A stretch of 64,000 bases of DNA, from assembly GCA_964035545.1 (NCBI GenBank), contig OZ037773.1, positions 2,509,751 to 2,573,750 of the forward strand, in the 5' to 3' direction. Source of the DNA: Bugula neritina. Lineage: Eukaryota > Animalia > Bryozoa. The first letter of the stretch is position 1; each line of letters begins with the position of its first letter. The translations under genes were made by a program, and so were the position numbers. Of the stretch, positions 22,811-35,994 are shown piece by piece. The notes beneath the pieces are model-generated. The model was not told where the DNA came from, did no database searches, and saw only the letters and a program-made list of their open reading frames with translations.

Positions 22811-25800
22811 ATGTTGATGAGTGAACACTACCCATCTGTCTATCATGCAGACATGTACAGGAGTAATCACTTGAACTTACACTCGCCGACATATCCTTCA
22901 CACAATCTCGCCTCCCTCGTTCAGAGATCTACACAATCAGCTGCAGTCAATCAACACTTGTACCTACAACAACAGCATGACCACAACGTAGGTATCAGCT
23001 TGGTCATACTGTAGGTGTCAGCTTGGTCATACTGTAGGTATCAGCTTCGTCATATGTAGGTGTCAGCTTCGTCATACTGTAGGTATCAGATAATTTCAGC
23101 ATGAATTGGCACATTTGCCACATGCCTTAGTAGCGTATAGCAATTGGCTAATCTGTTTCGAACATCCTGCTAGTGGTACTAAACTTTTAGAAGTAGTTTT
23201 TAAGACATTTTACTGTATGTATGGTAGCATTTATTTAATTACTAACTCAAATCTTATTTTGTCATATTTTCGTTTAGTTATCAGCTGACTCTAGCTTGCA
23301 GTCACCTTAAAGGGTGATGGATAAGTGTGCTGTGAAGTATGACAGAGTTGTCATGAGGTTGTGAATAACTATTCACGTGACTCTCTTTTATAGAAGGCTA
23401 GAAGCTCAGGTGGAAATTATATAAATAAACATAATATTTATATAAGGAACACAATTTAGTAATACAAATATTGGATATATGCCTAGTCTTAGAGCATATA
23501 AATTTGGTGTGTTGCTTTTTATTAGCTGATGAGAAATTATGCCAAAATTATTACTGTTTTTCTGCATTGTTGATGTTGCTCAACACTCCAGTATTGCATT
23601 ACTACCAGCTGTAGAATTTATGCTACAAAGACCAGTTGCGATTGTATATAATTCTACTACCACTCAGGGTTTTGTACTGCTTTTATGGCATATAGTTCTA
23701 CTACCACTCAGGGTTTTGTACTGTTTTTATGGGTTTTATCCCTGCCAGTTAGTGCTAAGTTGTTAAACTATCTTGTACCATCTGCCTCTGCCCATCTCTA
23801 CTTGGTGTCACCTAACGCCCCATTACCTTGATTGCTACACTAATTGTTATACCCACAGGTCTACCTTTCTTACATTGCTCACCATAATCTGCTCATGTTA
23901 CAGCAAATGTCATAATTTGTGCAGCTAATCCGATATCAGATATTGATATTGATCAAGAATTGATATATTCTGCTATTGCACAACATTAACTGATAATTAA
24001 TACCTTAAAAATTCAGCAGTAAAATAATGCAGTAAGGCTTCACCTAATATGCTTATTTATATGCAGCATTTATTTATAGCAATTTTATGTTATCTAATTT
24101 AAATTAATTCAATACGTTTGACTAAGATATTTAGTTTATTTACTGCTAGACATTCCAGCTAAAAATAGATTATTAGATTAGTAATGGTTTGCTGTGACTG
24201 TGTCCTCATAGAAATGTCTTGTTTTGTAGCATGATTTCTATCCAAACAGTCAATTGGCGGGACAGTGCTATGATGGCCCCTCCACACACCTTGACCAACA
24301 CACACTGGCTATGGACAGAGTCAATAGAGGGGCTCTTGTCCCCCAGTACTCTTACCACAGCCCTGTACCCTCTGCAGTTGACCCCAACTCTATTAACTCT
24401 CTCTACCCCAGTCAGTCGTGGCAGTACCACTCTCCCCTAGAAGCTGAGAAAAGAGGCAGTGTGATTATGGGACAGGCTCCGGCCCTCCCCCAACCCGCTG
24501 CTAAACGAAAAGGAGGTCGGAAACCTAAGGATGACCCGGTTAGTCCCTTTTTACAAACTTTTCTAGAACCATTCTTTGACTTGTAAACTCATAATGCAAC
24601 CATCGTCTGACAGAAAACCAGACTTCCATACTTTTAGTGTAAATTCTGTCCTCAAATTTAACAAAAATTCAAACAAATATTTGTCTGAAATTTTTGTTAT
24701 TTGGCCAACGACCTCTAATATGTGAGTTACTCCTTTCTTGCATCTATAATAACAGTTTAACTGGTGTAACCTTAGCTTTGTTCTGCAGTCAGGTTAAAAG
24801 TTCATTTCTATTTTATGAGTAGAATAATAATTTTTTGAGCTGTTTACCACCACAGTTTGCATTAAAATGTGTTTATGGCCACCACAGTTTGCATTAAAAT
24901 GTGTTTATGGCCAACTAGACTCGTTGGGATGAATTATGCATATGATAATTATATGAATTGTTATGAACATATTATTTACAAGTCATTAAGTAATATTAAT
25001 TTGGAGTTCATCCGAAGGTTAAACATTTGAAGTTGTTTACTAAATGTTTTCAATATCTATGAAGTGATCAATTTCTGCATACAAATACTACTTCAGTTTA
25101 GATTTGAAATTAAAATAATGGAAGCTGCATTCTTTTATTTATTCACTTAATGCCCTAGAAAACTACACTAGTTACAATAATACAGAATTGGGTGCTTCTC
25201 TAGTCTGAATTATATCAAACTGATCTTGTTTAAGCATTCTTATTTTTTACCAATCTGTTTCAAATAATCCAGTACAAAGATGTTTTCTTGAGTATTTTTG
25301 AAATTAACAAGATATATTATTGTTGAAAATCCCTGCACAACTACTTTGGATAGTCCTTGAATTTGTAAAACTCTGCATTAGCAGCAATTCATCATGAGAC
25401 ATAAAATTAGAATAGCTAAAAGACCTGACAGAGCGGGTATTGCACACAGTAATGTAGAAGAAAGCACTTTGAATGTGAAAGTATCCAACATGTTTCAAAT
25501 TAACTTTACAAAGAACATTGCTTTGGCATGACTCATACACTGATAAACTAACATATGTTGGATAACAAAGAAATTCATTTCTTTCTGGTCCAAGTTAAAT
25601 TTTAATTGCTTAATATATTTTATGTAGACAAATCATAACCTGTTATAAAATGATAAACACTTGAATTTGTATCTTCTTTTTACATGATCCATTAGAGAGG
25701 TAAGGAAAGATTTGTTACTGGCCTAAATAACTCTGGATGTGTTTATGAACTTGTAATGACCTTAAATTACTCCAACTTGTGGGTGAAAGACCACTAGTGG

Positions 25801-28800
25801 TTGCTAATTGGTATATTTTTAGCACAATGAAAGTTTCGGCTTACTGACTTCTTATCACCTTTCAACTCAAGTGAACTCAAAAATTATTTTGTGCAATTTA
25901 AGATATGTATAAGAGAGTTTAGAGTCATTGCACAACGCTGTGCAGAGAGAAGGCAAAACATTGTGTTGTAGAAGTTATTTGAACAACAGGAAATTCCTAA
26001 ATTTTCTTAGACTTTTCAAACAATTTCAAGTTGAGTTAAAAAAAGCTGAGTTAAGAAAAAATGTCTGCGTCTTGGTCATCAATTCGTTTCTCTGTACTAA
26101 ACCAATTCAAACTGAAATTAGCATAAGATGCTGAAAAGCCACTGGTAAAAATGTGTAGGATTTTTGTAAAATTGAAAAGAGTAAGACAACATTGTAATCG
26201 TGTTTATACAGTTATATTTACGGTAGTTAGTTGGGGAAGATCAGACTATGACCACTGCACTTAGCCAGCCTATGCACTTCACTTCAACCCAGTCTTCTGT
26301 CTCAAAAACCTGTAATTAATTTAACTCAACAAACAAAAGCTACTGGGAGATAATATATGTACTTAGTATTAATTTGATAATAGCTAATGCTGCGTGAATT
26401 GAGTACAGCATCTATTATGTAAAATATATTTTCAACAAAGCACAATGTCCGCCTGCACTAAACTTGTGTACCTCCGTTGACCTAGATATTTTATTGTTCA
26501 CGGATTGGTTGAATGGAATGCACCGAGCCTTTTCACTAACTTTGCCACGCTGCACTTGATAACGAAAATAGTAATTCTACCTTCAATAATATTGAGTAAT
26601 AGAGTCGCTGAAATTTGAAACTGAAAAAATATCATTTTAGCAAAGCTATATAACCCACCTCTCACACCAGTGGGTGTTATTTAGTGCATACTGTACCCTC
26701 AATATTCCCTTTTGGTTTTAATGCTGATGAAATCTGTTTTTAAAATTTAATTTTAGTTTAATATTTAAAAAATATGTCATTGGCTTATAGGTAGTGCTCT
26801 ATATTATCATTGAGTGCTTTCAAGTTGAAAAATCAATTTTTAGCCATTAGACAGCTATGCAACTGAAACTAGCCATGGTTTCTTAACTTTTAGAGACAAA
26901 GAATTCATGCCTTATATTATATGTCTTCCCAAATAATAATATAAATAATTAGTTACTCAACTTGGTTATTAGTTGAGTCTTTATTCCATCCAACTTCTCA
27001 GCCTAACAAAGCCATGACGTAAAGTTGGTTTCAATCCAACAGTCTAACATTTGTAAGTAGCATCTTCACTGACTGGAACAAAAGACCGGTTAGCACCATT
27101 TATAAGGTATAACTCAGAAGGGCAAAATAATGCCTTTATCTATTTGACATTATAGCTTTCTTTTGATGTTCTTGTACTGTTTTTTTATTTTCCAGTTTCT
27201 AGCAGGTTTATAGCAAGTGTCAGCAGGTTTGTAGCAAGTGTCAGCAGGTTTGTAGCAAGTGTTTTTGCTGTTTTAGAATTTACCTCCTAGCGAAAAGGAA
27301 AAGAGAAGACTAAGGAGGCTGAGAAACAAGGAGGCAGCGGCCAAGTGCAGAGAAAGAAGACTCAACCATACATCTAGCTTGTTACAAGTAGGTGCATTTC
27401 ATGGCAGTAATAAAGTAATGAACGTACTACTCGGGTCATAGGAGATGAGCAGCATATCATTTCTCTAGAATGCGTTGTAGGTTCATCTACTCGTACTTTG
27501 TCCGTGAGTTTTATTAAGTTTATTTGAAAGTTTATAGACATCACCATCTCTGTGAGAACCCCCCCCCCCATGGAAGGGGTTTTTGTTAAATCAGGCTAAT
27601 GACTTATTCAGAGCAATTATTACTGAATGCTCTTCCTAACATCGCCAATGGCTTTCCTCTGTGTTTGAACCCATGACTTTGTGCTTACTAGGCAAACGAT
27701 CTAACTCCTAAACCACCCTATTCCCTTACTTAATGCTCAACATAAAACAAAATTCTACCTGGATGGGCTCTGTATTTGTGTGGCGATGTTTTCCTTATTT
27801 CAGTCATCAACCTTTATGTGACCCTTCAGCTGGTTTTTGACTCGACCTTCACTTTTGTTTGTGGTTGCTCTCAGACTAAATAAAACATTCCATCTGCCTG
27901 TACTTGGACTAAAATGCTCTCTCTGATTCACTACTGGTTGTTATGGTTTGGAATGACTCATTTACAGCAGTATGACGTTATGTCATGCGGAGCGGATTCG
28001 AATATCAAAGGTTGTTTTGAGTGAGTCACTTCTGAAAAGGCCTTCAGCAAATTTTTCAATTAGAAGTTGTCCCATCCTTGACTTACAGTTTGTAGTTAGC
28101 TATAAAACTCAACAGTATGGATTCTTTTTAGCTATTTGCTGACTTCACCAGTTGTGAGATGACTTTATGCATCTTTTTATCTGTGCTACTACTACTGCTA
28201 GAAATTAAAGTAATGCCTTCCACAACTGCTGCAGCTGTAAGAATTTTAATTATATTATGATATTTATAGCAAACACAGCATCTGGACTTTGTGCCTTTTT
28301 TCCTTCTTCCTTGAAGTGATTCACCCACTTCCTGTTAGAGAAAGGGACTAACATTCCACTCATTGCAAAGTTATTCACTGCAATTATAGTTATTATAACT
28401 ACTGTACATCTCATTCAGTAAAATCTATTGTTTATTAAAAACAAATACAAAAAAGTTGCATTTAAACTTGTAAACATGATCTGTGATTCAGATATTGCTG
28501 CGTTTGCTCAAATATTTTCTGCCACCAATCACTTGATCACATGACAGGAAACTTACTGAATCTATGTATAGCAATTCCTCTAGAACCTAGATGTACAGGA
28601 CCACAATTGTTCCCCAGAACTTTATATAGTACCATTTTAATACATTTTAGTATATAGAGCACAAGTCAGGCTATCTAATGATAGAAAATTAGTCGCCTTC
28701 AAACACCTTCCAATTATAAAATGAAATTCTTAGCACTTGTAGACTTTGAGCTGATAGGAAATAATTAATGTTTTGAAAGTACTTTTCTTTCTCTATCAGT

Positions 28801-31137
28801 ACTAAAGACTGTGAATTTGAACTGATCACACCTGATAATACCACTCAGTGAGGCAAATAATTGTTCATGCATCTCAAGAATAAATTGTGAGGAGGCGTTT
28901 TTTACTATACCTACTCTATTGTGTCCTAGTTCTCTTTATTTCTACTCAAAATCTGTGTGTTTATTTCTACACATTACCTCAACATGTTTGTAAGCCACTC
29001 CCTATAACTCTGAAAATAGTACAAATTCTGATGTAAATAACAAAAAAGCCAACATTTTATTAGAAGTTGCATTTATAATCCTAGCAGAGGTGACGTTCTC
29101 AGTCTAACATTAGACCGAGTGGGATGTGGCATGACCTCAGTAACTGTGGGGGAGGGGAAGCAAAATTCCACTGCCACTGGCTATAACTTTTCTACCATTT
29201 GAATGGGTTTTTTTATCAACATTTTTTTAATACTTTAAGAAAAATTAATTTTTTTTTCCCAACAAAAAGATGTGTTTCAGTTCTGACAGTAATTGAGTAA
29301 CCATGTAAAGCTTATTTAAGATAATGTAAGATAAAATATTATAGTGTTGAAACTGATCTATTAAATACTGATTAAATATCCACTAACATTATTCACATAG
29401 ACACTGTCATGAAACAAACATATAAAGTACGTTAAGGTAGGTTTGAGCCAGCTGGTTACGCTGCAAATTTATGCTATAAATATGTGAAGGTTAACCACAG
29501 TTGAGATGTGACCCGATGGTTTAGTGGTAAGCTATGTCTCAACATCAATCACCTGGTACAAATCAATCAATAATTGTGTTATTGATTGTGCAGGTTGCAG
29601 CATGGTGCCCTGTCACCTTTACCTTGTACTCTCTAATCAAATTCTATAGCTTTATAAACCACTGGCTCAACCGAACACAAACAATATCTTTCATTTTAAA
29701 CTGAACTAAAAAAATAATGTGAAATAGAAAGTGGAAATTAGATTAAACAAAGAAAATAAAATTTATACTAAGTAAAGATACATCCAGCTCATTCTTGTTG
29801 TGGTTTTTTCTTCATGGTAATTGGTATAAGAATAGACCTACGTGAAAGTTTTCGCATTATTGGGGAAGTTTTGAAATAGACTGGGAACTTAAAATCTAGC
29901 CACTCTATAGTGCTTCTGGTTGGCAACCCCTGCCTGTAATTTGACTGCATGAAGAGTAACATTATTGTGTCTCGATGATTCGTAGTTGGCAGGCTTTCAG
30001 CAGGATTAAAAGTGGCGCCAAAAGCAAACATACTCAGCTCAGACAAACAAGTGAAATATTTCTTCACTGACTTAGATTTCATAACACATTAGCCTTTGTA
30101 GTGTAATTTATTTAATTTAGTTTGCAGGTAATATGGCATGACAGACATAATTTAGGCCATTATTTTAATAACAAAACTTAGATGATATAAATTGTAATTT
30201 TTAAAGTAATAATACTTGACATGGATTAGTGGTAAACTAGGGGCTTTCATATCTTCATCTATATTTCCTTCTGAAGGTTTCAGGTGTTTTATTCATAGGC
30301 CTTCTGTAAATGGAGCTGGAAATATTTTGTAGTCCTTGCATCAAAATATAAAATATGTTCAAAATCACTTCTTCAAACCTGCAGAAAACACACTGTTTTT
30401 AGCACTGAAATTAAAAAAAATTAGTCTGAAATAATGATGTAGTGAAGGATGTCCTGTTATGCTAGTTACAGACGTACCTTAAAACCTGCCTTATAGCCTT
30501 AGTTCTACTTTGTATAAAATTGCATTAACCAGGAAAGTTGTCAATTTTGTAATTTGAGGTTTTAGTGCTAACAGCTTATTTGTGTGAAGAAATTTAATAA
30601 AATAGCTTCCTAGGTGATGAATAATAAAATTCCCTTCTAGTACATAAGATGTAATCTATGCCTGCATATACTTTAGTTTGGAGTGTTTTTTCTGGGTTGT
30701 TCAGCTTTTCACGAGTTAATATTTATGTTTTGTAGCAAATACAGCAATTAGAGAAATCGCAGACAGCGTATGAAGAGCAGATAACTCAGCTCCGGCAGCA
30801 CAAGGAACAGTGCGAAAAACTTCTATCAGCTCATTATCAGGACTGCAGCAAAAAAGTTTCTACAAAATCGCCAGCAACAGCAAGTTCTTCAGCGGCAGCA
30901 TCTGTGGCAGCATCGCAATCATCTACCGCAGTGTCATCTCCGGCATCAAGTTCAAGTGATGCCACTCCTCCCCCTCCGTCAACCAAACTACTAGCGGCAG
31001 CTGCCAGTTTGAATACTTCAGCCAATAGGAGAAAGCAACTTACCCCCAGATTGAAGTTAGACGTCAGCTGCGCTGATTCTCATCGTAGGACTAGCAGCTC
31101 CAGTAGTGGAGGGTTGCAATCACCTGTCATACACTGA
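22811..31137 (+). CDS. fos: Fos/kayak-like bZIP transcription factor (~332 aa)
   Basis: Exons 22811-22987, 24230-24538, 27277-27387, 30736-31137 (TGA), all phase 0. Pre-basic GGRKPK, basic region EKEKRRLRRLRNKEAAAKCRERRLNHT, zipper ending LLSAHYQDC (Fos/ATF3-type H-x3-C). Introns flank the basic exon, as in Fos genes. Confidence 0.82.
22988..23090. repeat. 23-bp minisatellite made of donor-site copies
   Basis: GTAGGT(A/G)TCAGCTT(G/C)GTCATACT x4-5, starting exactly at the fos exon donor. Confidence 0.9.
27539..27720 (-). mobile_element. tRNA-derived SINE copy 1
   Basis: Alignable by eye to 61760-61935 and 63067-63712: CCATCTCTGTGAGAACCC..ATGCTCTTCCTAACATCGCCAATGGC..TTGAACCCATGAC..CTAGGCAAA..TCTAAC. 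Confidence 0.65.
27954..28028. promoter_or_regulatory. AP-1/CRE-like cluster in a fos intron (candidate autoregulatory enhancer)
   Basis: TGACTCA 27954, TGACGTTA 27973 and TGAGTCA 28022 within 75 bp. Confidence 0.3.
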
Positions 31138-31470
31138 CACTCACTTGTTATACACTGACACTTACCTGCTATACACTGGCACTCAGCTGTCATACACTGA
31201 CACTCACTTGTTATACACTGACACTTACCTGCTATACACTGGCACTCAGCTGTCATACACTGACACTCACTTGTTATACACTGACACTCACCTTTTACAC
31301 AGTGTCACTCACCTGTCATACACTGACAGATACCTGTTATACACTGACACTTACCTGCTATACACTGACACTTACCTGTTAGACACTGTCATCTGCCATA
31401 CACTAACACTCACCTGCCATATACACTGACACTCACCTGCTATACATTGTCATTTGTTAACACTGTCACT
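31118..31470. repeat. 21-bp minisatellite overlapping the fos stop codon
   Basis: CACCTGTCATACACTGACACT-type units, ~16 copies. Confidence 0.9.
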
Positions 31471-33779
31471 TACCTTATACTGATTCTACTTACAACCTCT
31501 TATAAAGTAAAAATATTCAACTGGCTGTTCTATAAATTTCTATAATTCTTTAGCTAATGTTATATTAAAACTCCTGCACACCCACTTTTTAGTTGCTGCA
31601 ATTTGATTTGTTTGTATATTTTGTTTTCCAGTAATTTTACAATCATCACTCTAACTAGTAGAACATAATATTCATTTTAAGGCTCAGTTAGTGAGCTAAA
31701 ATTTCTAGCTGATTTTTACGTGAGCCAAATAATTGTAATTTTAATTATCAAATTTGTGGATTGCTTGTTGCCTTGTATATTTGTACGTACATGCGTTAAT
31801 TCTTAAGAATATATACTGGTATGCATGCTTATAATATCTTATTTTTTATTTCCAGCAGTGAAACTGAAGTTGTTATATATTTTTAGCTAAACACAGTATT
31901 TGGTAGAGCTAAATATTTCTATGGATACCTTTGAGTGGCTCAGCCATTCTACACAATAATATTATTTTGGTGCAGTAATGAAAATTAGTATAACTTTTCA
32001 TCATGTGTTTTATTTTATGCATTTTTATGACTTAGCCTGTGTTCTATGATTATTCTATATTCTATAGTTACTGGCTCAAACTTTGAAATTTTTGTTATAG
32101 TTAATGTAGGGTCAGCCGTCCACCCCTATTCAGATGTTTCAGAGAATCTTAGTTTAAAATTTCAACATTGTGTGCAGCTAGCAACAAAATATACAGCTTT
32201 CTATTCCAAAGTAAGGCAAGACTGCCCTCTGTTTCTATAGAAATTACTTCTATCATTTGCTGAAGAGACTCCAATTTATTCCAACTATTTTATCCTATTG
32301 GGAAAAATGCATATCAGCTCTGTGCAGTTTATTCATTGATTGTGTATTAAGGGAACTAGCTATCCTGATATACTTATTATTTATATATTATATTAGATTT
32401 TACAGTTCATAAACCACTATAATTTGTTAATATTGTACATTTCATAATGTAATTTGTATAAACAATAAAATATAAACAACCAAAATACATTAGAACATAT
32501 AAATTGTACTTTTTAAACAAACTGCAGCTCCTTTGCAAATACATCTAACATTTTCTTCTCAGAATTTACTTCTAAAACAACAAAACATAATTATATGTAT
32601 GCGAATTAGAGAAAATTTCCAACATGCGTAGTTTTAGTATTTAATTGCTACATTTTTTAAGATCAATCACCAATTAGTATATATAAGGCCAACTATTTAG
32701 CAAATTATTTAAATAATGACAGGTAAGGATTATCACAAGGTAACACTAACTGGATGCTTTCAGTACAGACTTATCACTTTTATCTAATCAGGTCAAAATT
32801 AAACACTGAAATATTTCAACATGGAGATAGAGTGTTGCACATGCTCTATCAAGTCAACATATCTGTTCTAGAATGTGGCGCAATAGTGGGGAGAATCATC
32901 CGCATTGCAACACAGGAACTAAATTGAGAAAAACAATATTGTATGATTTGCTTTTAGCAAACGAAAATGTACTTGAAAGTGCTTATTAATAATTTCATTG
33001 CTATTTAAGTTTCTACTTCACATTCAACACCGCAAATGGAAAGTTACTTACACCACCCTATCCAAATATATATAGATCTAAGGCTAATGCACTGTTTTTT
33101 AGAAGACAACTCCTACTAAAAAAATTAGGGGTGACTCATGGTGTTTATTAATGTGGTACAGGACTGGAATTCTGAGATTTTAAGAAACTGCATATAATTT
33201 GCATTTATCTAAAGTCAGGAATTGAAGTTAAATTAATAAATACCTTTATGCTATATAAGTGCATTTTAGATCAATAGATTTGCTTAAATAATGTGTTAAT
33301 AATGTGTCATCGTAAAACAATTAATTAGAATTCTATGTCCTTTCTGGTAATTTATGCATATAGGTCAGTGGCATTGTGTACTCAGCTATATAATATATTG
33401 TAGCCATGATATCATGTAAATGCTATGTAACAAGAGCTAGGAAATTTTCCATATTTACCCTAAATTCTTATAAACATTAAAGAGTTCTAAATTTCATGCA
33501 CAAGGCATCACAATGACACGACAGCAAAACTACATGTATATTATTATGCAGTATCTTATACACTTTGCACAGACAAAACAAATATTGTATCAATCCACTA
33601 GTGACTAGAAGACATATGTTTTTAAAAGTTTTATTATGTGACCCTACATAATGCCAATATTAAATTATAATGCTCACAGTACAACAATAACAATCAAACT
33701 AATTATATATACTCGTATTATAATGTAATATTGTATACAATATAGTATATAACATATATAGTATATATAGCATTTGTAA

Positions 33780-33921
33780 TATATATATAGCATATGTAAT
33801 ATATATATTACATATGCTATATATATTACATATGCTATATACTGTATATATTATATACTATATATATTATTACATATGCTATATATATATATAATCCCGA
33901 AACAGCTGCTGTCCACAGATT

Positions 33922-33960
<39 letters not shown>

Positions 33961-34062
33961 AATTTGTTATCTCAAATATAGTACCAATATAGTATATATA
34001 GCATATGTAATATAAAGTGAGAGCATCATCTCTCAATCTGTAGACAGCAGCTGTTTGGGGGG
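33780..34062. repeat. (TA)n-associated dispersed repeat, inverted copies
   Basis: AAACAGCTGCTGTC(C/T)ACAGATTGAGA at about 33900 (+) and 34031-34056 (-). A third copy lies at about 35933 (+), followed by (TA)n. Confidence 0.6.
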
Positions 34063-35955
34063 GGGGTTGTCTTGATACATATTAATGGCGTTCAATAAGT
34101 CAATTTATGGCGAATGAAGTTTTAAAATCAAAATATCTGCATACATTACATAGAAACCATTAAATTACTTTTAATGCTGTTAAACTTGCATTGCACATTG
34201 CATAACATTACATATTATAATGCACACATATCACATCATATTGCATAATATATGGGGCAATCAGAATTTATATGCAGTCTAAAATAGCACACATGACCAA
34301 TATATAACCGCAGATGCTAACTATCTATTTTGCATTTAATAGAGTTCTTGGTATAAATATCCAATCTAAAACATGTTTAGCTTAGTGGGTTACGAGAAAA
34401 AGAAATAATTTTTTCTGAGTAATTCAGAATTGTTTTTATCATATAACTAGCAAATGGAAATATGAGATAATCAAGAAGCTATTTTCACCACATGCATGGT
34501 TCAATTTCAAATTGTGGTTAACCATTGTTGATTTTTCTAGTGAGGCTAAATTGAAATTACAAAAATTCAATCATGCAAATGCATAGTCCTAACTGAAGTC
34601 CATAATTCAACTCCATTTTTAACTCCAGGGTAAATTTTTCCCTTTACTTTAGAATTTCTTGTGTAAGTAGGTTCTATTCACTAACTGCTTCATATAGTAA
34701 GTAATCTACTTTATTACTATATTGTTAGATATGTTATACCATAGTGATACTATATTATATTCCATTACATTACATTACTACATTACATTACTACATTACA
34801 TTACTACATTACAATACATTACTACATTACATTACATTACATACATAAACCTTTTCAACATGCAAAACATTAATGATCATCACACAACTTTTTGCAAAAA
34901 TGTTTAAAAATGGACATTAAGTTTGATGCAAGAAGTTTAATAGCCTAGGTTCTTCGTATTTTATTTATAAATATTGGTTTGAAAGGTCACAACTTCCATG
35001 AGAACATAACTTCTTTCTCAAGTTTTCTCATCATACAAGTGTTAATTTGAGATGTAATTATACCTACATTCTGATTTGCTTGGCTATATAGAGTGTAGGA
35101 TGTTGACTAAAGGATTAGTAATATTTTCAATTATAGCATACTCAAAAGGTCATTGTCAAGGAGCATGGTGACACACTGCAGCTGAATAATAGCAAACAAT
35201 AAACAATAATACTTACAATTTTGAATAGCCAGCAAGTATACTGTAAGAGGGGTATTTCTTTTAGCCTAATATTATGTTACTGAGTAATTACAAAGATACA
35301 ATCATATATCTCATTTTACTTTTCATTCAGGGGCTTTAGAAAATAATATTTCTGTAGTTGCGTAATAAAATATTCAACTATTAGTGTTATAGTATTTACA
35401 TATTTGGTTTTGAAAATAATTGCAGAAACCCCTCTGGCAGCTTTCTCTTTATCCACCACTGAACTGAGTCAGACTCAGACCTTCTTGATTCAGCAATATT
35501 TTGACTTGGTGCCAATTTATCTTCCTCTCTTTTACACAAACCTAAGTAGTAATGTAATATAATGGTTATAGCAACTAGTCATAACTGTGTGAAGTAATTG
35601 TATAAAAGTGTGTAGAATTTTCTATTTGAAAAGGTGGCTGTAACTTTTATAAAAAAATATTAATTTGTTCAAAAGTTTTGTAAAATTAAAACATCATTTT
35701 CGTTGAAAATTACAATCTTTTTGTAGGATTGATTAAAATTCAAGTTTATAAAAGAATTTAGAATACTAGGTTTCTATATTATAATTATTTGCTTTAAAAC
35801 AAGAAACATGCCAATTGTGAAACAGCCGCTTTTCAAAACTGTTATAGTTCATAATGTGCACGTAATATATATATTTAAACATATTACTCATGTATTTTAT
35901 TTAGGTTATTTACTTTATTTAGGACAAATCCTGAAACAGCTGCTGTACACAGATT

Positions 35956-35994
<39 letters not shown>

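Noticed and set aside
33893-34060. Hammerhead ribozyme suggested by CGAAAC
   Set aside because: No CTGATGA core with pairing stems upstream.
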